A stretch of DNA of 64,000 nucleotides from a virus, in the IMG/VR virus record IMGVR_UViG_3300028025_003977, positions 23,551-87,550 of that record; one strand, given 5' to 3'. The notes under the pieces were generated by a model, which was given only the letters and a program-made list of their open reading frames with translations, ran no database searches and was not told the DNA's origin. A program made the position numbers and the translations under genes. Shown piece after piece: positions 11,184-21,841 of the stretch (positions are counted from its first letter, which is position 1; the number at the start of each line of letters is the position of its first letter).

Positions 11184-14100
11184 TGACTAGAAATTCTACA
11201 GGAAACAGGTCTACAAATACTGGACCAACAACTACATTGTTTGGTTTTTATGACGTAGACTCTGACACCACCAAGATGATGACAGAAAGCCTAGCTTCAA
11301 AAAACTTTGATGGATTTATTCCAAAAGTAGCACTTGAAATTGACCTTTATGATTCTCAAAATGGATATTTTAATTTAGAAGTTGGTCAATACTTACAAGT
11401 TACAGATGAATATGGTCAAAATTATTTAAGAGAAGTAGTATCTATTAATTCAGATCCTGAAGGATCTTACTATGGAGCAAAGCTAGGAACTCCAGATGCA
11501 GAAAGAAGAAACAACGTTCTTGACATGTCTTATTCTTTTGTGTATCCAACTGGACATTCTTTGGCTGGAGAACCAACAAAAGTTTTTATCAACTACCGCC
11601 TTGAAACTGGAGAAACAAGAACTTTAACTATACAAACAACATTAGGTGGAGATGGCTTCCCAACAAATAAAGTTTTTGCTTCTAGAGAAATTTGGTCTCA
11701 AAGAGTAGCAGGTTCAAAAGGCTGGCTATTAAGCTCTCAAGGAAATGCAATACTTAACAACCTCCAAGTAAGAGGAGAAATTGAAGCAACATCTGGAAAC
11801 TTTGAAGGATACCTAACTGTTAACGGCGGAGCAATGAGGCTTGGAGCTAACGTATCTGTTGATGGCGATGACGGAATTAGAATTGACACAAATAACTATT
11901 GGTATTCAGATGGTACTTTTAGAGCTGGTGGAGTATTAGAAGGAACTACTACATTTAGAGGTATATCTTGGGATGGAGATGAATTTTCTGTAACTGGAGA
12001 TATAAGAGCAGAAACTGGATACCTTGGAGGAATTGATGGCTGGATCATTGCTGAAGGTGTTATTAAAGCTGGAGGAACTGACAGCAGTAGCAATCCCTGG
12101 GGAGATAAATACTTCTTAAAAAACCCAGACTATGTTGTAAATCCAGAAGATGCTGTTGTTCAATTTGGAGACGTATTCAAAGTATTTAAAAACGGAGACG
12201 TAAGCATTAGTGGATCGTTACAAGCAGAGTCTATTATTGTTGACGAATACCAATACTGGAACAAAAATGATGATGGTAAATTTAGAGTTGGGTCTGCAGA
12301 CAAATACATTTATTGGGATGGAACTAATTTAAATGTAAATGCAATCATTAATGCTACTGGTGGAACATTTACAAATACAGTAAACATTGGTACTGGAACA
12401 AATAAGATTAAGCTAACTGGTGGAACTACAGATGCACTAACAAACATTCAAATTGGAACTGGTGGGTTTGAGTCTGCTCCATTCTATGCAGAAGGAACTG
12501 GAAAGTTTTCTCTTGGTTCTGGTCTTAGCTGGAACCCTACAGGTTCAGTTCTTAAAATTAATGGTATCCTAAGAGGCTACATTGAGTCTAGTGCACTTAC
12601 TCCAGTTCCTTTGGTTACAAATGCAATGGGTGTTGGATATCACGACCCGTTATCTTCCCCTAGCACAGCAAACGGATATGGTCTTGGTGGTGTTGGTATA
12701 AGACTAGATGCAAATAATTATTGGTACTCCACAGCAAATGGATTTAAAATTGGAGACGCAACACACTATCTAAGATGGTATGACAATAAGCTAACTCTTA
12801 CAGCACCTTTAATGTCTAATGCAACAATATCTTCTACAGAAATTATCGGATCTAGAATCCGTGGTTCTGATGTATTTGCAAACTCTGCACAAATTGGTGG
12901 AAATGATTTTGGTTGGGTTGCTGGCTCTGGAGGTCTTTTTTCTGGAACATCAAATGCTACGGCTTATCTGCAATCTGGATTTCATTCAAACCCAATTGAA
13001 AATATTACTCAAAGTGCACCAATTAGAGTTGGAAAACTAGTAAGTAGTCTTCCAACAGTAACTGGTAAAATTACAGCAAATCAAAGAACCAAGATTGTAA
13101 CTGGAAATGGAACAAAGTTTACCCAAGAACTTAGACGAGGATATTCAATATATGTTATTGAAGGCACAAGAAGATATTTTGTTGGAAACGTTGATAGCGT
13201 TATAAGTGATACAGAATTAGCCTTATACGAAAATCCAAATATTACTATTTTTATTAAAGACCAAAACTTTTATGCTTATAAGTTTGAAACAATAATTAGA
13301 ACTCAGTTCTATACAGATATTGAAAATCCAGAAAAAATTAGTTTGGCTGGAACAAATCTTACAGCAATTCCAATAGATTCGGCAAATACAAAATATCAAG
13401 TTGGAGACGAGATCAGATTTGACGAAATATTCCTTGCAAACTCTGGATCCTTTTTGACTGGAATATTGTCAAACACAACCTATTATGTTAAAACAGTAAC
13501 AACTACAAGCGTAACTATTACTGCACAAAAACAAAATGTGCTATCAGATTATTCAAATAACACTTTTGCTCCAGCAGTTACATACTCTGCTTCAGGTGCC
13601 TCCCTTGTATTAAGCCTACCAATATTTTCTATTGAGGATTCAGAAACTTCTGGCTTTGCTACATTTGGAGCTAGAGTTTTACCAAGAGCAACAGAAAACA
13701 CTTATGAGCTACTCACAGATTCTGTTCCAGGTCCGATACTTGGAGAAAACTCAGACTCTAATGGTGACGGAACCGTTGATGAAATTGGTGGATTTATTAA
13801 TGGTGGGTCTGTTACATATGTTACTCCAACTTATTTACCAAAAACATATGTTAAAAATTCTTCATACCTTACAACTTTTGTTGGAGAAGAAAATAGTACG
13901 GCTATTGAAATATCTAAAATTGAAACAACTTATTCTGAAGATACAGCAAATCCTGGAGAATATTTTTACAACGTTTATATTTACCCTACAAACTCAACCA
14001 AACTTTCTTTGCTAAACATGGTAACTGGAGAAAACCTCTACCTATCAAATATTCCAGTAGATTCAACAAGCACAGAATATAACAAACTTTTTGAACCATT

Positions 14101-15013
14101 AAACGATGGGTACTTTCCAATTATTGGATTTGTTGATAATGATAGAAATATTGTAGAAAATAAAGAAGATGCAACAGGAATTGTATTATATGGAGATGGA
14201 TATTTAAACTATGCTCCTAAGACTCCAGAACCAAGTCCAACAGCAGCAGCTTTTTCTAGAACCTATACCTCTTACGTTGTATCAAGTTTGTCTGCAACAG
14301 ACAATAAAGTAACAATTACTACCAGTACAAATCATAACTTTGTTGTTGGAAAAACAGTAACTGTTACAGGGTTCAGAGAAACCTCCTACCTATCAGACGA
14401 TTTTGTTGGAGAGTTTGAAATTATAGATGTTCCAGCATCTAATCAATTTACTTATCAAGCAGTGTTCCCAGACAAGCTACCAACATCTATAGATCCTGGA
14501 GTAGTTGCATATTCTTTCCCTAGTGGAAAAATTATAAGCTTTGACAAAAACTATTCCCTTTGGATTGGAGCCTCAAAGCCAGACGTAGCTCCAATTACTA
14601 TTGATCCATACGGAAATAAGCTAAAAGTTAAAGATTTAGAAGTTACAGGAGAGGTAATTGGATTTTATTCTGATATAATTGAGCTAGATGATTTTTCTAG
14701 TTCTTTTAATGGTAGAAGAAACACATTTACGCCCAAGTATAACTACAAAGACGTAACTGTTAAAAACCCATTAAACCTAGTAGTTTCATTAAATGGAGTA
14801 ATTCAGTCAGGATTTATTCAAAACAAAGAATATGTCTGGCAGTCTGGTCTTTTATCCTACAGAGGATTTACACTGGACACAGAAGGAAGAATAAAGTTTT
14901 CTGAATCCCCTCCACTTGGATCAACTATTAATGTAAGAGTTTTTCCAGGACCAGTAAAAAATAAAACAGCAAGGATATATCCGTTCAAAGCAGCGGATGT
15001 AGCATTAGGATAA
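11183..15013 (+). CDS. Long tail fibre-like protein, module A gene 1
   Basis: Start at ATG 11183 overlaps the upstream TAA. Repeated GIRxDxNNYWY and xxWDG motifs. The C-terminal ~110 aa are homologous to the C-terminus of 42506..46501. Confidence 0.7.
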   Translation: MTRNSTGNRSTNTGPTTTLFGFYDVDSDTTKMMTESLASKNFDGFIPKVALEIDLYDSQNGYFNLEVGQYLQVTDEYGQNYLREVVSINSDPEGSYYGAKLGTPDAERRNNVLDMSYSFVYPTGHSLAGEPTKVFINYRLETGETRTLTIQTTLGGDGFPTNKVFASREIWSQRVAGSKGWLLSSQGNAILNNLQVRGEIEATSGNFEGYLTVNGGAMRLGANVSVDGDDGIRIDTNNYWYSDGTFRAGGVLEGTTTFRGISWDGDEFSVTGDIRAETGYLGGIDGWIIAEGVIKAGGTDSSSNPWGDKYFLKNPDYVVNPEDAVVQFGDVFKVFKNGDVSISGSLQAESIIVDEYQYWNKNDDGKFRVGSADKYIYWDGTNLNVNAIINATGGTFTNTVNIGTGTNKIKLTGGTTDALTNIQIGTGGFESAPFYAEGTGKFSLGSGLSWNPTGSVLKINGILRGYIESSALTPVPLVTNAMGVGYHDPLSSPSTANGYGLGGVGIRLDANNYWYSTANGFKIGDATHYLRWYDNKLTLTAPLMSNATISSTEIIGSRIRGSDVFANSAQIGGNDFGWVAGSGGLFSGTSNATAYLQSGFHSNPIENITQSAPIRVGKLVSSLPTVTGKITANQRTKIVTGNGTKFTQELRRGYSIYVIEGTRRYFVGNVDSVISDTELALYENPNITIFIKDQNFYAYKFETIIRTQFYTDIENPEKISLAGTNLTAIPIDSANTKYQVGDEIRFDEIFLANSGSFLTGILSNTTYYVKTVTTTSVTITAQKQNVLSDYSNNTFAPAVTYSASGASLVLSLPIFSIEDSETSGFATFGARVLPRATENTYELLTDSVPGPILGENSDSNGDGTVDEIGGFINGGSVTYVTPTYLPKTYVKNSSYLTTFVGEENSTAIEISKIETTYSEDTANPGEYFYNVYIYPTNSTKLSLLNMVTGENLYLSNIPVDSTSTEYNKLFEPLNDGYFPIIGFVDNDRNIVENKEDATGIVLYGDGYLNYAPKTPEPSPTAAAFSRTYTSYVVSSLSATDNKVTITTSTNHNFVVGKTVTVTGFRETSYLSDDFVGEFEIIDVPASNQFTYQAVFPDKLPTSIDPGVVAYSFPSGKIISFDKNYSLWIGASKPDVAPITIDPYGNKLKVKDLEVTGEVIGFYSDIIELDDFSSSFNGRRNTFTPKYNYKDVTVKNPLNLVVSLNGVIQSGFIQNKEYVWQSGLLSYRGFTLDTEGRIKFSESPPLGSTINVRVFPGPVKNKTARIYPFKAADVALG

Positions 15014-15024
15014 GGTGGAAATAA

Positions 15025-18000
15025 ATGGCTAAAAAGGTAATGCAGGAAACGTATTATACTTTCATACCTTCTGAGGATAAAATTATTCTCCCAAGAGTAA
15101 TTCAGAGAGAAAGCCTAATGTTGATTACAAACGTAACAACAAATCAGGTAATTTATAATTTTTCAGACCCAGACTTAAATGCCACATCTTACACCGTTGC
15201 TGGATCAGCATCTTCCTCAACAACAACAATTGTATTAAATTACAACTGTAATGAAATGGACTCTAAAGACAAGCTTCAAATTGTTTATGAAGAGTACGAT
15301 GAAAAAATTACACCGTCAGACCTTCTAGTTGATGCTGTTGGTAAAATGCGTGTTGCAAACCCACAGTCCTTAATTGACACAGATTTTGAATACGGAACAC
15401 AACCTTCTAAATGGGAAACTGTTTCGTTGGTAGCCAACTACCCATCTTTCTTTTCAAAAGGCACTGGCGGAAACTCTTTAGCTGTAGCAGATATTGTTGG
15501 AGACGGAACCACAACTGCAAGAAAATCAAGAGTATATGTATTGACCGAATCAGATCATGGTCTTGTTTCAAATAGTGTTGTTAGTATTCAAGAAACAACA
15601 AATGATGCAGCCGAAGGAACGTTTATTGTAACAAAGCCAGCTGCACCGTCAATTACAGGTGTATCTTCTGGTGTGTTTACCGCAAATGCTCATGGACTTT
15701 CAGCAAACCAACCAATTAGATTTAGTGCTGCAAGTACTTCTGGCGTATCAACAACTACCGTTTACTATGTTAAGACAGTTTTAGCTAATTCATTTATGGT
15801 AGCAACTTCAATTGCAGGATCTGCAATTACAACGTTTACTAATGGAACCCCAACAGTTGATGTAAACAAAATGTTTACATATCTTGCAAATGGTCGTGTT
15901 GGAAATGATTCAATTAAAGACAGCAACCTTACTAGCATTTATGGTGGAGACTTATTTGATGGAGCAAATGTTCCAGGATCTTCTTCCTTTACGGTTGAAG
16001 TTGCAGGATCCGTTGCAACCGTAACAACTCCAAATCCCCATGGATTAATTCCTGGAACTCCATTCCTTATTAATGGTGCAACTACTAACACATTTTTAAA
16101 CGGATCTTGGGTAGTATCTGCTACACCAACTCCAAAAATCTTTAACTTTACTGTAACTGGAGACAATGTAGTAAACATTTCTCCAGCAGCAACAGTTTCT
16201 GGATCAAAACTTTATTGTAAGCCAGATGCTTATGTTCAACACACGGCATATAATGGTGGCGTACTTTTAGCAACTGGAAACAACGTTGTAAATGTTCAAC
16301 AGGTAAGACAGTCTAGAAGAACATTTAGGTATCAATCAGGAAAAGCAATTCAGTTTTCTACAGGAACCAAACTGACCCCAAGCTACGATATTACTGAAAT
16401 TTATTCAAATACAACTGTTGGAGATGCTACAATTGTTGTTAAAACTGTACAAGACCATGGTCTTCAAGAAAATGCTAGAGTAACCATTAGTGGTGTGCAA
16501 GTTGTTGGAACTGATGCAAACCCATACAATGGAAGCTTTTTAGTAACTGGCATTGTTGATGAAAATACTTTTAGCTTTGAAACTACAATTCCAACAGCAA
16601 TTAGCACTACAAACAGAAATCCAAGTGGAGACAACGCTCTTGTTACTGTAACAAATTGGGCAGGATCTTCAACAAGACTTGGTTTATTCAATGATCAAAA
16701 CGGAATGTACTTTGAATATGATGGTCAAAAGCTGTTTGCTTGTAGAAGATTTTCTAATAAACCAATTTTTGGAACAGTATCTGTAACTAAAGACAGCTCT
16801 ATTGTGACTGGAACTTCAACGCTATTTCTAAAGCAAATAGAGAAAAACCAAAACATTGTAATTAAAGGCATGACCTATAGAGTTGTAAATATTGATAGCG
16901 ACACAACCATGCATATTTCTCCAGCCTATAGAGGACAAACTGTTGGAGGGAATGTAAAGGTATACAAGGTCCAAGAAGTTAGAATTCCACAAAATGAATT
17001 TAACATTGACAGACTAGATGGAACAGGACCTTCTGGATATATTATTGACCCAACAAAAATGCAGATGCTTTATATTGATTATTCTTGGTATGGTTCTGGA
17101 TTTATTCGCTATGGATTAAGAGCAACAAATGGAGATATTGTTTATTGTCATAGAATTCCAAATAACAATTTAAATAGTCAATCTTATATGCGTTCTGGAA
17201 ACCTTCCTGCTAGATACGAAGTTTCTAACTTTGGTCCAACAACTGTTTTAGTCTCTTCTCCAGGAACTCCATTGGCACAAACAAGTAACCCAACAGCAGC
17301 AGATGTTCCTGGAACACCTTTAAATTCTAGTCAGACTGTAATGTATGTAAAAGATATTGAAGGCTGGAGAACTACTGCACCATCTGGAAACTCAACAGAT
17401 ATTATTGGCTATCTTTTGATTAGTGATAAGACAAATACTGAAATTGTTTCTTACACAGCAGTTGGATCGTATAATGCTAAGGTTGGCGGATATCCAATTA
17501 CAATTCAAAGAAGAGTAACTCAGTTTATTACTAGCCAAGGAAGTGTTGGGGTAGGATCGTTTAGAAACGGAACATATAGTTCTGGAGCCTATACAGATAG
17601 GATGAAGCTGTTTGCAGGAGCAAGTACAAACTTTAATACTGCTGGTATTCAGCAAGGAAATGTTATCTTTGCTGCAGATGGAACAAAACTTGGAAGAGTT
17701 GCAACATCTCTAGAGCTTGGTGGTGCTGCAAATCCTGCTGCAGATGGACAAAGCTTAACAATTTCAAGTGTGTTTAATGGAAAGACATGGGAAGTTCCAG
17801 ACTCTCCAAATAAAGATTCAAACGGAACAAATGTTCCTTACGGATATACCTCTACGAATACAATTGCAACTGTTGGATACAGCATATCTTCAACAATTGC
17901 TTTGCAGGGAACTGCCAACACAGTATCGTTTAGCCCAGACTCATCTATTCAAAATGGAACTGGAACAGATGGTCAGGTTTCAGTTCAAGTAATTACACAA

Positions 18001-18663
18001 ACCTGTGCTCCTTCTCTAAGCCACTGGGGATCTTCCGTAATCATGGACGGAACATTTGACGAAGATAAAGCTTTCCAGCTTAATGCTAGAATGAGAGGTG
18101 CAGGACTTTCAGTTGCTGCAGGTGCATCAAATGCCTTACTAAGTATTAGAATAGCACCATCTGTTGATAATGGAATTGCTAGAAACTTTGGCAAGAGAGA
18201 CGTTATTAATACAATGCAATTAATTTTAAGAGAAATTCAAACATCTGCAAATGGTAGATTCCTTATAGAAGGGTTTTTAAATCCATCTACAATTAGTGAT
18301 TCTGGATGGAGTTCAGCAAATGGATCATCAACACTAACATATCCAGATAGCTGGGAATATACTTCTGTAGGCTCTGGATCTTTAGCTCAAGTTTTGTATC
18401 ATGGAACAGCAGCAACTATTACTGGAGGAGACAACATATTCTCTTTCTACACAGAAAATTCAGGAAGTGGATATGGAATTTCTACATATAACCTTGGTTC
18501 AACACGAGAGCTTGGAACATCTATTCTTAGTGGAAATGGAAGTATTTCAACTCCAGGATTCCCTAATGGTCCAGATGTTTTAACAATTGTTGCAACAAAC
18601 CTAGAAACATCTGGTTCCAAGTTTATTAATGCAAAGATTACATGGACTGAATCCCAGGCATAA
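15025..18663 (+). CDS. Tail fibre/structural protein, module A gene 2 (paralog of 46505..49441)
   Basis: Shares LITNVTTNQVIYNFSDP, SLIDTDFEYGTQP.KWE, FRYQSGK.IQFSTG, YMRSGNLPARYE and SHWGSSVIMDG with 46505..49441. Four HGL-type repeats. Confidence 0.75.
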   Translation: MAKKVMQETYYTFIPSEDKIILPRVIQRESLMLITNVTTNQVIYNFSDPDLNATSYTVAGSASSSTTTIVLNYNCNEMDSKDKLQIVYEEYDEKITPSDLLVDAVGKMRVANPQSLIDTDFEYGTQPSKWETVSLVANYPSFFSKGTGGNSLAVADIVGDGTTTARKSRVYVLTESDHGLVSNSVVSIQETTNDAAEGTFIVTKPAAPSITGVSSGVFTANAHGLSANQPIRFSAASTSGVSTTTVYYVKTVLANSFMVATSIAGSAITTFTNGTPTVDVNKMFTYLANGRVGNDSIKDSNLTSIYGGDLFDGANVPGSSSFTVEVAGSVATVTTPNPHGLIPGTPFLINGATTNTFLNGSWVVSATPTPKIFNFTVTGDNVVNISPAATVSGSKLYCKPDAYVQHTAYNGGVLLATGNNVVNVQQVRQSRRTFRYQSGKAIQFSTGTKLTPSYDITEIYSNTTVGDATIVVKTVQDHGLQENARVTISGVQVVGTDANPYNGSFLVTGIVDENTFSFETTIPTAISTTNRNPSGDNALVTVTNWAGSSTRLGLFNDQNGMYFEYDGQKLFACRRFSNKPIFGTVSVTKDSSIVTGTSTLFLKQIEKNQNIVIKGMTYRVVNIDSDTTMHISPAYRGQTVGGNVKVYKVQEVRIPQNEFNIDRLDGTGPSGYIIDPTKMQMLYIDYSWYGSGFIRYGLRATNGDIVYCHRIPNNNLNSQSYMRSGNLPARYEVSNFGPTTVLVSSPGTPLAQTSNPTAADVPGTPLNSSQTVMYVKDIEGWRTTAPSGNSTDIIGYLLISDKTNTEIVSYTAVGSYNAKVGGYPITIQRRVTQFITSQGSVGVGSFRNGTYSSGAYTDRMKLFAGASTNFNTAGIQQGNVIFAADGTKLGRVATSLELGGAANPAADGQSLTISSVFNGKTWEVPDSPNKDSNGTNVPYGYTSTNTIATVGYSISSTIALQGTANTVSFSPDSSIQNGTGTDGQVSVQVITQTCAPSLSHWGSSVIMDGTFDEDKAFQLNARMRGAGLSVAAGASNALLSIRIAPSVDNGIARNFGKRDVINTMQLILREIQTSANGRFLIEGFLNPSTISDSGWSSANGSSTLTYPDSWEYTSVGSGSLAQVLYHGTAATITGGDNIFSFYTENSGSGYGISTYNLGSTRELGTSILSGNGSISTPGFPNGPDVLTIVATNLETSGSKFINAKITWTESQA

Positions 18664-18672
18664 GGAGTAGAA

Positions 18673-19047
18673 ATGTCTGCAGACAAAATTATTCATTCAT
18701 TTAAAACTCCTCTTAGAACTTCAAGTATTACAAGCCAAGAGCCTTTTAAAATTCTAAGCTTTGAAAGTCCTGGCGTTGTTATAAATGATGCATCAGGTCT
18801 TACAAATAGTTTATCTATTAGTTCAAATAATTCAGGATACTATCTAACAAATAACGGACTTACTGTTGAATGGAAACAGCCTACATGGTTAGATATATCC
18901 TCAGCCAGCTCAACTATAGTTAGTGCTGTTGATAAAGCTAATTCAATAAATACTCTTGTTTCTGCATTTAGAAGAACAACAATTTCTCAGAGAGCACCAC
19001 TTAGTACAGATGGACTAGATGGTGATATTTGGTTCGTGTATCAATAA
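18673..19047 (+). CDS. Small tail fibre-associated protein
   Basis: 124 aa ending in DGLDGDIWFVYQ, a common phage fibre C-terminal motif. Confidence 0.6.
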   Translation: MSADKIIHSFKTPLRTSSITSQEPFKILSFESPGVVINDASGLTNSLSISSNNSGYYLTNNGLTVEWKQPTWLDISSASSTIVSAVDKANSINTLVSAFRRTTISQRAPLSTDGLDGDIWFVYQ

Positions 19048-21101
19048 TGGCTGGATACATTGGAGTAAAAGATAAATGGACTCCCATTTCAACAGGATAC
19101 ACAAAAATAAATGGTGAGTGGAAGCAAGTAAAGTCTGCCTATGCAAAAGTAAATGGACAATGGAAAGAAGTATTTTCTCCAGCATTAAATACAATTCAAA
19201 ACTTTAAAATTAAAAGCAAAACTGCAGATGAGGTAGTACTTGAATGGGATCCAAATGCTACAGCAGAAACATATTCAGTATTTGTATCTGAAACCCCGCA
19301 AGGAACATATTTAGATCCAGTAGTAACTCAACAAACAAATGATTTTCAGTTCTTATCGTCTCAAAACAAAGTTACTTTAACTGGAACTGGAACAATAGCA
19401 CTAAACATCTTGTCTCCAATTGTAACAGGAACAGGAACAAGTTTTACTTCACAGATAGTTGTAGATGAAATATTGTTTGCAACTATTGGCGGAACTTCCA
19501 CATATATTGGAAAAGTAAAATCTATTGAAAGTAATACAAAACTTACACTATATACGGACTGGAGTTTTGCAAACGCATCTGGACTATCTTTTATTATTTA
19601 TAAAAAGAATACAAAAACTATATCAACTAACAGAGAAGCAAACTATAAGTTTTTTGTAAACTCTCTTGATGCATCAAATAATCCAGGAATATCATCTTCT
19701 CAATTAACAAGATCAACTCCAATTAGAGTTCCAGATCCACCAGCATTAACTGTTAAGTTTAAAAATGAAACAGCAGGAACAATAACAATTGCATGGACAA
19801 AAGATAGAAGAGCAACCTCATATGATATTTATAGAAATAGAACAGGGTCTTTTGTTTTACATGCCAATGTTACTCCAAGCGGAGGAATGGAAGAAACCTA
19901 CACACCATTGCCTGACTCATCAGGATTAGATTATGCCTACTATGTTGTAGCAAAAAATAATATTTTAACTGTAGCACCAGATAACGATCCAGCAACGGAA
20001 CAACAATCTGAACCATCAAATTCTATAAATTTCGTATCTACTCCGCCAACCCTTGGAAACATATCTTTAAAGGGTGTATCTGTAGACCATAACAGCGTTA
20101 AGTTGCAGTGGACAGACGTTGCAAATGCAGATAGATACTTTATTCAAATTTCTGGAGGAACATACGGAACTTTTAGTGATGATATATCAATAGCAACAAC
20201 AACTATAGCGGATGCAAATAGAATTGAGTATACTGTAAATCTTGCAGATCAAACTGATTATAATATTAGAATTAGAGCAAGAGGTGCTGCTGGAACAATT
20301 TATGAAGCATCAAGTGCCTACTCAAATGAAATTTCAGTTTCAACAGGAAGGGCAGCAGAAACTGGAAAAAGATGGGTGGCACAAACAGATAAAAATTATA
20401 CTTCTACTGAATCCACAAGACTTAGAACTACTGTATCATATTACGATCCGTATGATAGAAGAACATTTGCAACTGAAAGTTATAGCACATATTCAACTAC
20501 TAAAGCTGGTGTAGGAATAGTTGTTACAACTGCAAACGTAACTAAAAGTAGAATTATTCAGGTATGGCAACCAGGAAGACCAGGGTATTGGATAACAGTT
20601 CCTGGATACTGGACCAACACAAGACCTAGAAGATGGGTTCCTCCAAGAAGAGAATGGATTCCTGGAACGCCTGGAAGGTATGTAGCAGAAAGAGTAGACT
20701 ACAGTGTAGTAGAAACAACTACTAAACAATATTTTGGTATATTCTATACTCCAATTACAAGCTCAACAGATCTTCCAGCAGCTGCAAGACTTGATGCTGC
20801 AACTTTTAGGTTTTATAAAGATACTTCTACTTCAAAAGGTATAACTATCCACATTGGAACTACAGACCCAAGTTTAACTTATTTCTTTAATACTACAACA
20901 GTTGCTGGGGCTGGAACAAAAAGCTTTGTTTCTACAGCCTATTATAATTACTTAAAACTATCAAATGTAAACTCTGTAATTTTTACTGGAACAGGAGCGG
21001 TTGCAAACTTTGATGATGGAAGATTGATTGTTGAATGGTCTCTTGAGGAAGCGTATACAATAACAAGTGCCATAGCAATGAGTATAACTGGAAATAAATA
21101 G
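19047..21101 (+). CDS. FN3-like repeat virion protein with a W/P/G-rich insert
   Basis: N-terminal YxKxNGxWK repeats. FN3-like motifs (VVLEWD..A.TYSV, ITIAW...ATSYDIY, VKLQW...ADRYFIQ). WxPGxPG segment near the C-terminus. Confidence 0.7.
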   Translation: MAGYIGVKDKWTPISTGYTKINGEWKQVKSAYAKVNGQWKEVFSPALNTIQNFKIKSKTADEVVLEWDPNATAETYSVFVSETPQGTYLDPVVTQQTNDFQFLSSQNKVTLTGTGTIALNILSPIVTGTGTSFTSQIVVDEILFATIGGTSTYIGKVKSIESNTKLTLYTDWSFANASGLSFIIYKKNTKTISTNREANYKFFVNSLDASNNPGISSSQLTRSTPIRVPDPPALTVKFKNETAGTITIAWTKDRRATSYDIYRNRTGSFVLHANVTPSGGMEETYTPLPDSSGLDYAYYVVAKNNILTVAPDNDPATEQQSEPSNSINFVSTPPTLGNISLKGVSVDHNSVKLQWTDVANADRYFIQISGGTYGTFSDDISIATTTIADANRIEYTVNLADQTDYNIRIRARGAAGTIYEASSAYSNEISVSTGRAAETGKRWVAQTDKNYTSTESTRLRTTVSYYDPYDRRTFATESYSTYSTTKAGVGIVVTTANVTKSRIIQVWQPGRPGYWITVPGYWTNTRPRRWVPPRREWIPGTPGRYVAERVDYSVVETTTKQYFGIFYTPITSSTDLPAAARLDAATFRFYKDTSTSKGITIHIGTTDPSLTYFFNTTTVAGAGTKSFVSTAYYNYLKLSNVNSVIFTGTGAVANFDDGRLIVEWSLEEAYTITSAIAMSITGNK

Positions 21102-21117
21102 CACTTAGTGCTATAAT
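21098..21117 (+). promoter_or_regulatory. Extended -10 promoter overlapped by a perfect 8-bp inverted repeat
   Basis: ATAGCACT-T-AGTGCTAT (21098-21114) overlaps TGcTATAAT (21109-21117). An SD (AAGGAG) precedes the ATG at 21142. Confidence 0.6.
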
Positions 21118-21141
21118 AGAAGTCAAACATAAGGAGACATA

Positions 21142-21309
21142 ATGTCAACAACTTTGGAACTAGTAGTTCAAGAACTACAAAATCGTATTGGTCAGATTAC
21201 AAGTCAATATGAAACACAGATGGCTGTGCTTAAGGCACAGGCAACAGAAGCACTTGCTGCAAAAGATGCAGAGATCGCTTCTCTAAAGGGTGAAAGCAAT
21301 GGCAACTAG
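21142..21309 (+). CDS. Small coiled-coil protein (55 aa, not in the ORF track)
   Basis: MSTTLELVVQELQNRIGQITSQYETQMAVLKAQATEALAAKDAEIASLKGESNGN; strong SD; TAG at 21307-21309. Confidence 0.8.
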   Translation: MSTTLELVVQELQNRIGQITSQYETQMAVLKAQATEALAAKDAEIASLKGESNGN

Positions 21310-21754
21310 ACTTAGCGATGGAATGCCCATTACAACAGAATGGTTAAACCAGCTAGTAACAGAAATTAATGAACTAAGAAATACCTCTTCTGGTTCTTCT
21401 TCAGCAACTGGAGCAGCACAAAGAGTTGTTGAGTTCTATGGTCCAGGTCTTTTAGGTAACACAGCGGTTCAGGTTCAAACGGGAGTTTTTTCAACAACTG
21501 CTCCTGCAGCACAAAAAACAATAGAAGCAAATGTTAATTTTCCAATTCCATTTGCAGACAATAATGTTTTTATTGTTGTCACACCAACATTCCCTGACTC
21601 AAGTGGTAGAGCATACAAAGCTACCGCATCAGTGGCTGGAGTAAATGCTAGCTCATTTAAAATGACGGTAATGTTAGTAACGGACACAGACACATTTGGT
21701 GCAGATAAAGCCGTTAGCGTAAACTATATTGCAATTGGAAAAAAGAAGTCCTAG
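21299..21754 (+). CDS. Fibre-tip protein, gp53-like/H-type lectin-like C-terminal domain
   Basis: VQTG...VNFPIPF...V.VT...VNYIAIG pattern typical of small fibre-tip beta-sandwich domains. Confidence 0.6.
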   Translation: MATRLSDGMPITTEWLNQLVTEINELRNTSSGSSSATGAAQRVVEFYGPGLLGNTAVQVQTGVFSTTAPAAQKTIEANVNFPIPFADNNVFIVVTPTFPDSSGRAYKATASVAGVNASSFKMTVMLVTDTDTFGADKAVSVNYIAIGKKKS

Positions 21755-21760
21755 CAAATA

Positions 21761-21790
21761 GTTGACATTGCCATGTCAACATGATATACT
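21761..21790 (+). promoter_or_regulatory. Sigma70-type promoter with a palindrome over -35
   Basis: TTGACA (21762-67), 17 nt, TATACT (21785-90) with extended TG. Dyad GTTGACAT-tgcc-ATGTCAAC. Confidence 0.75.
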
Positions 21791-21841
21791 TTTTTATTAA
21801 TACAAGCATAGCCATATCTATGCCCAAACAGAAAGTTTTTA

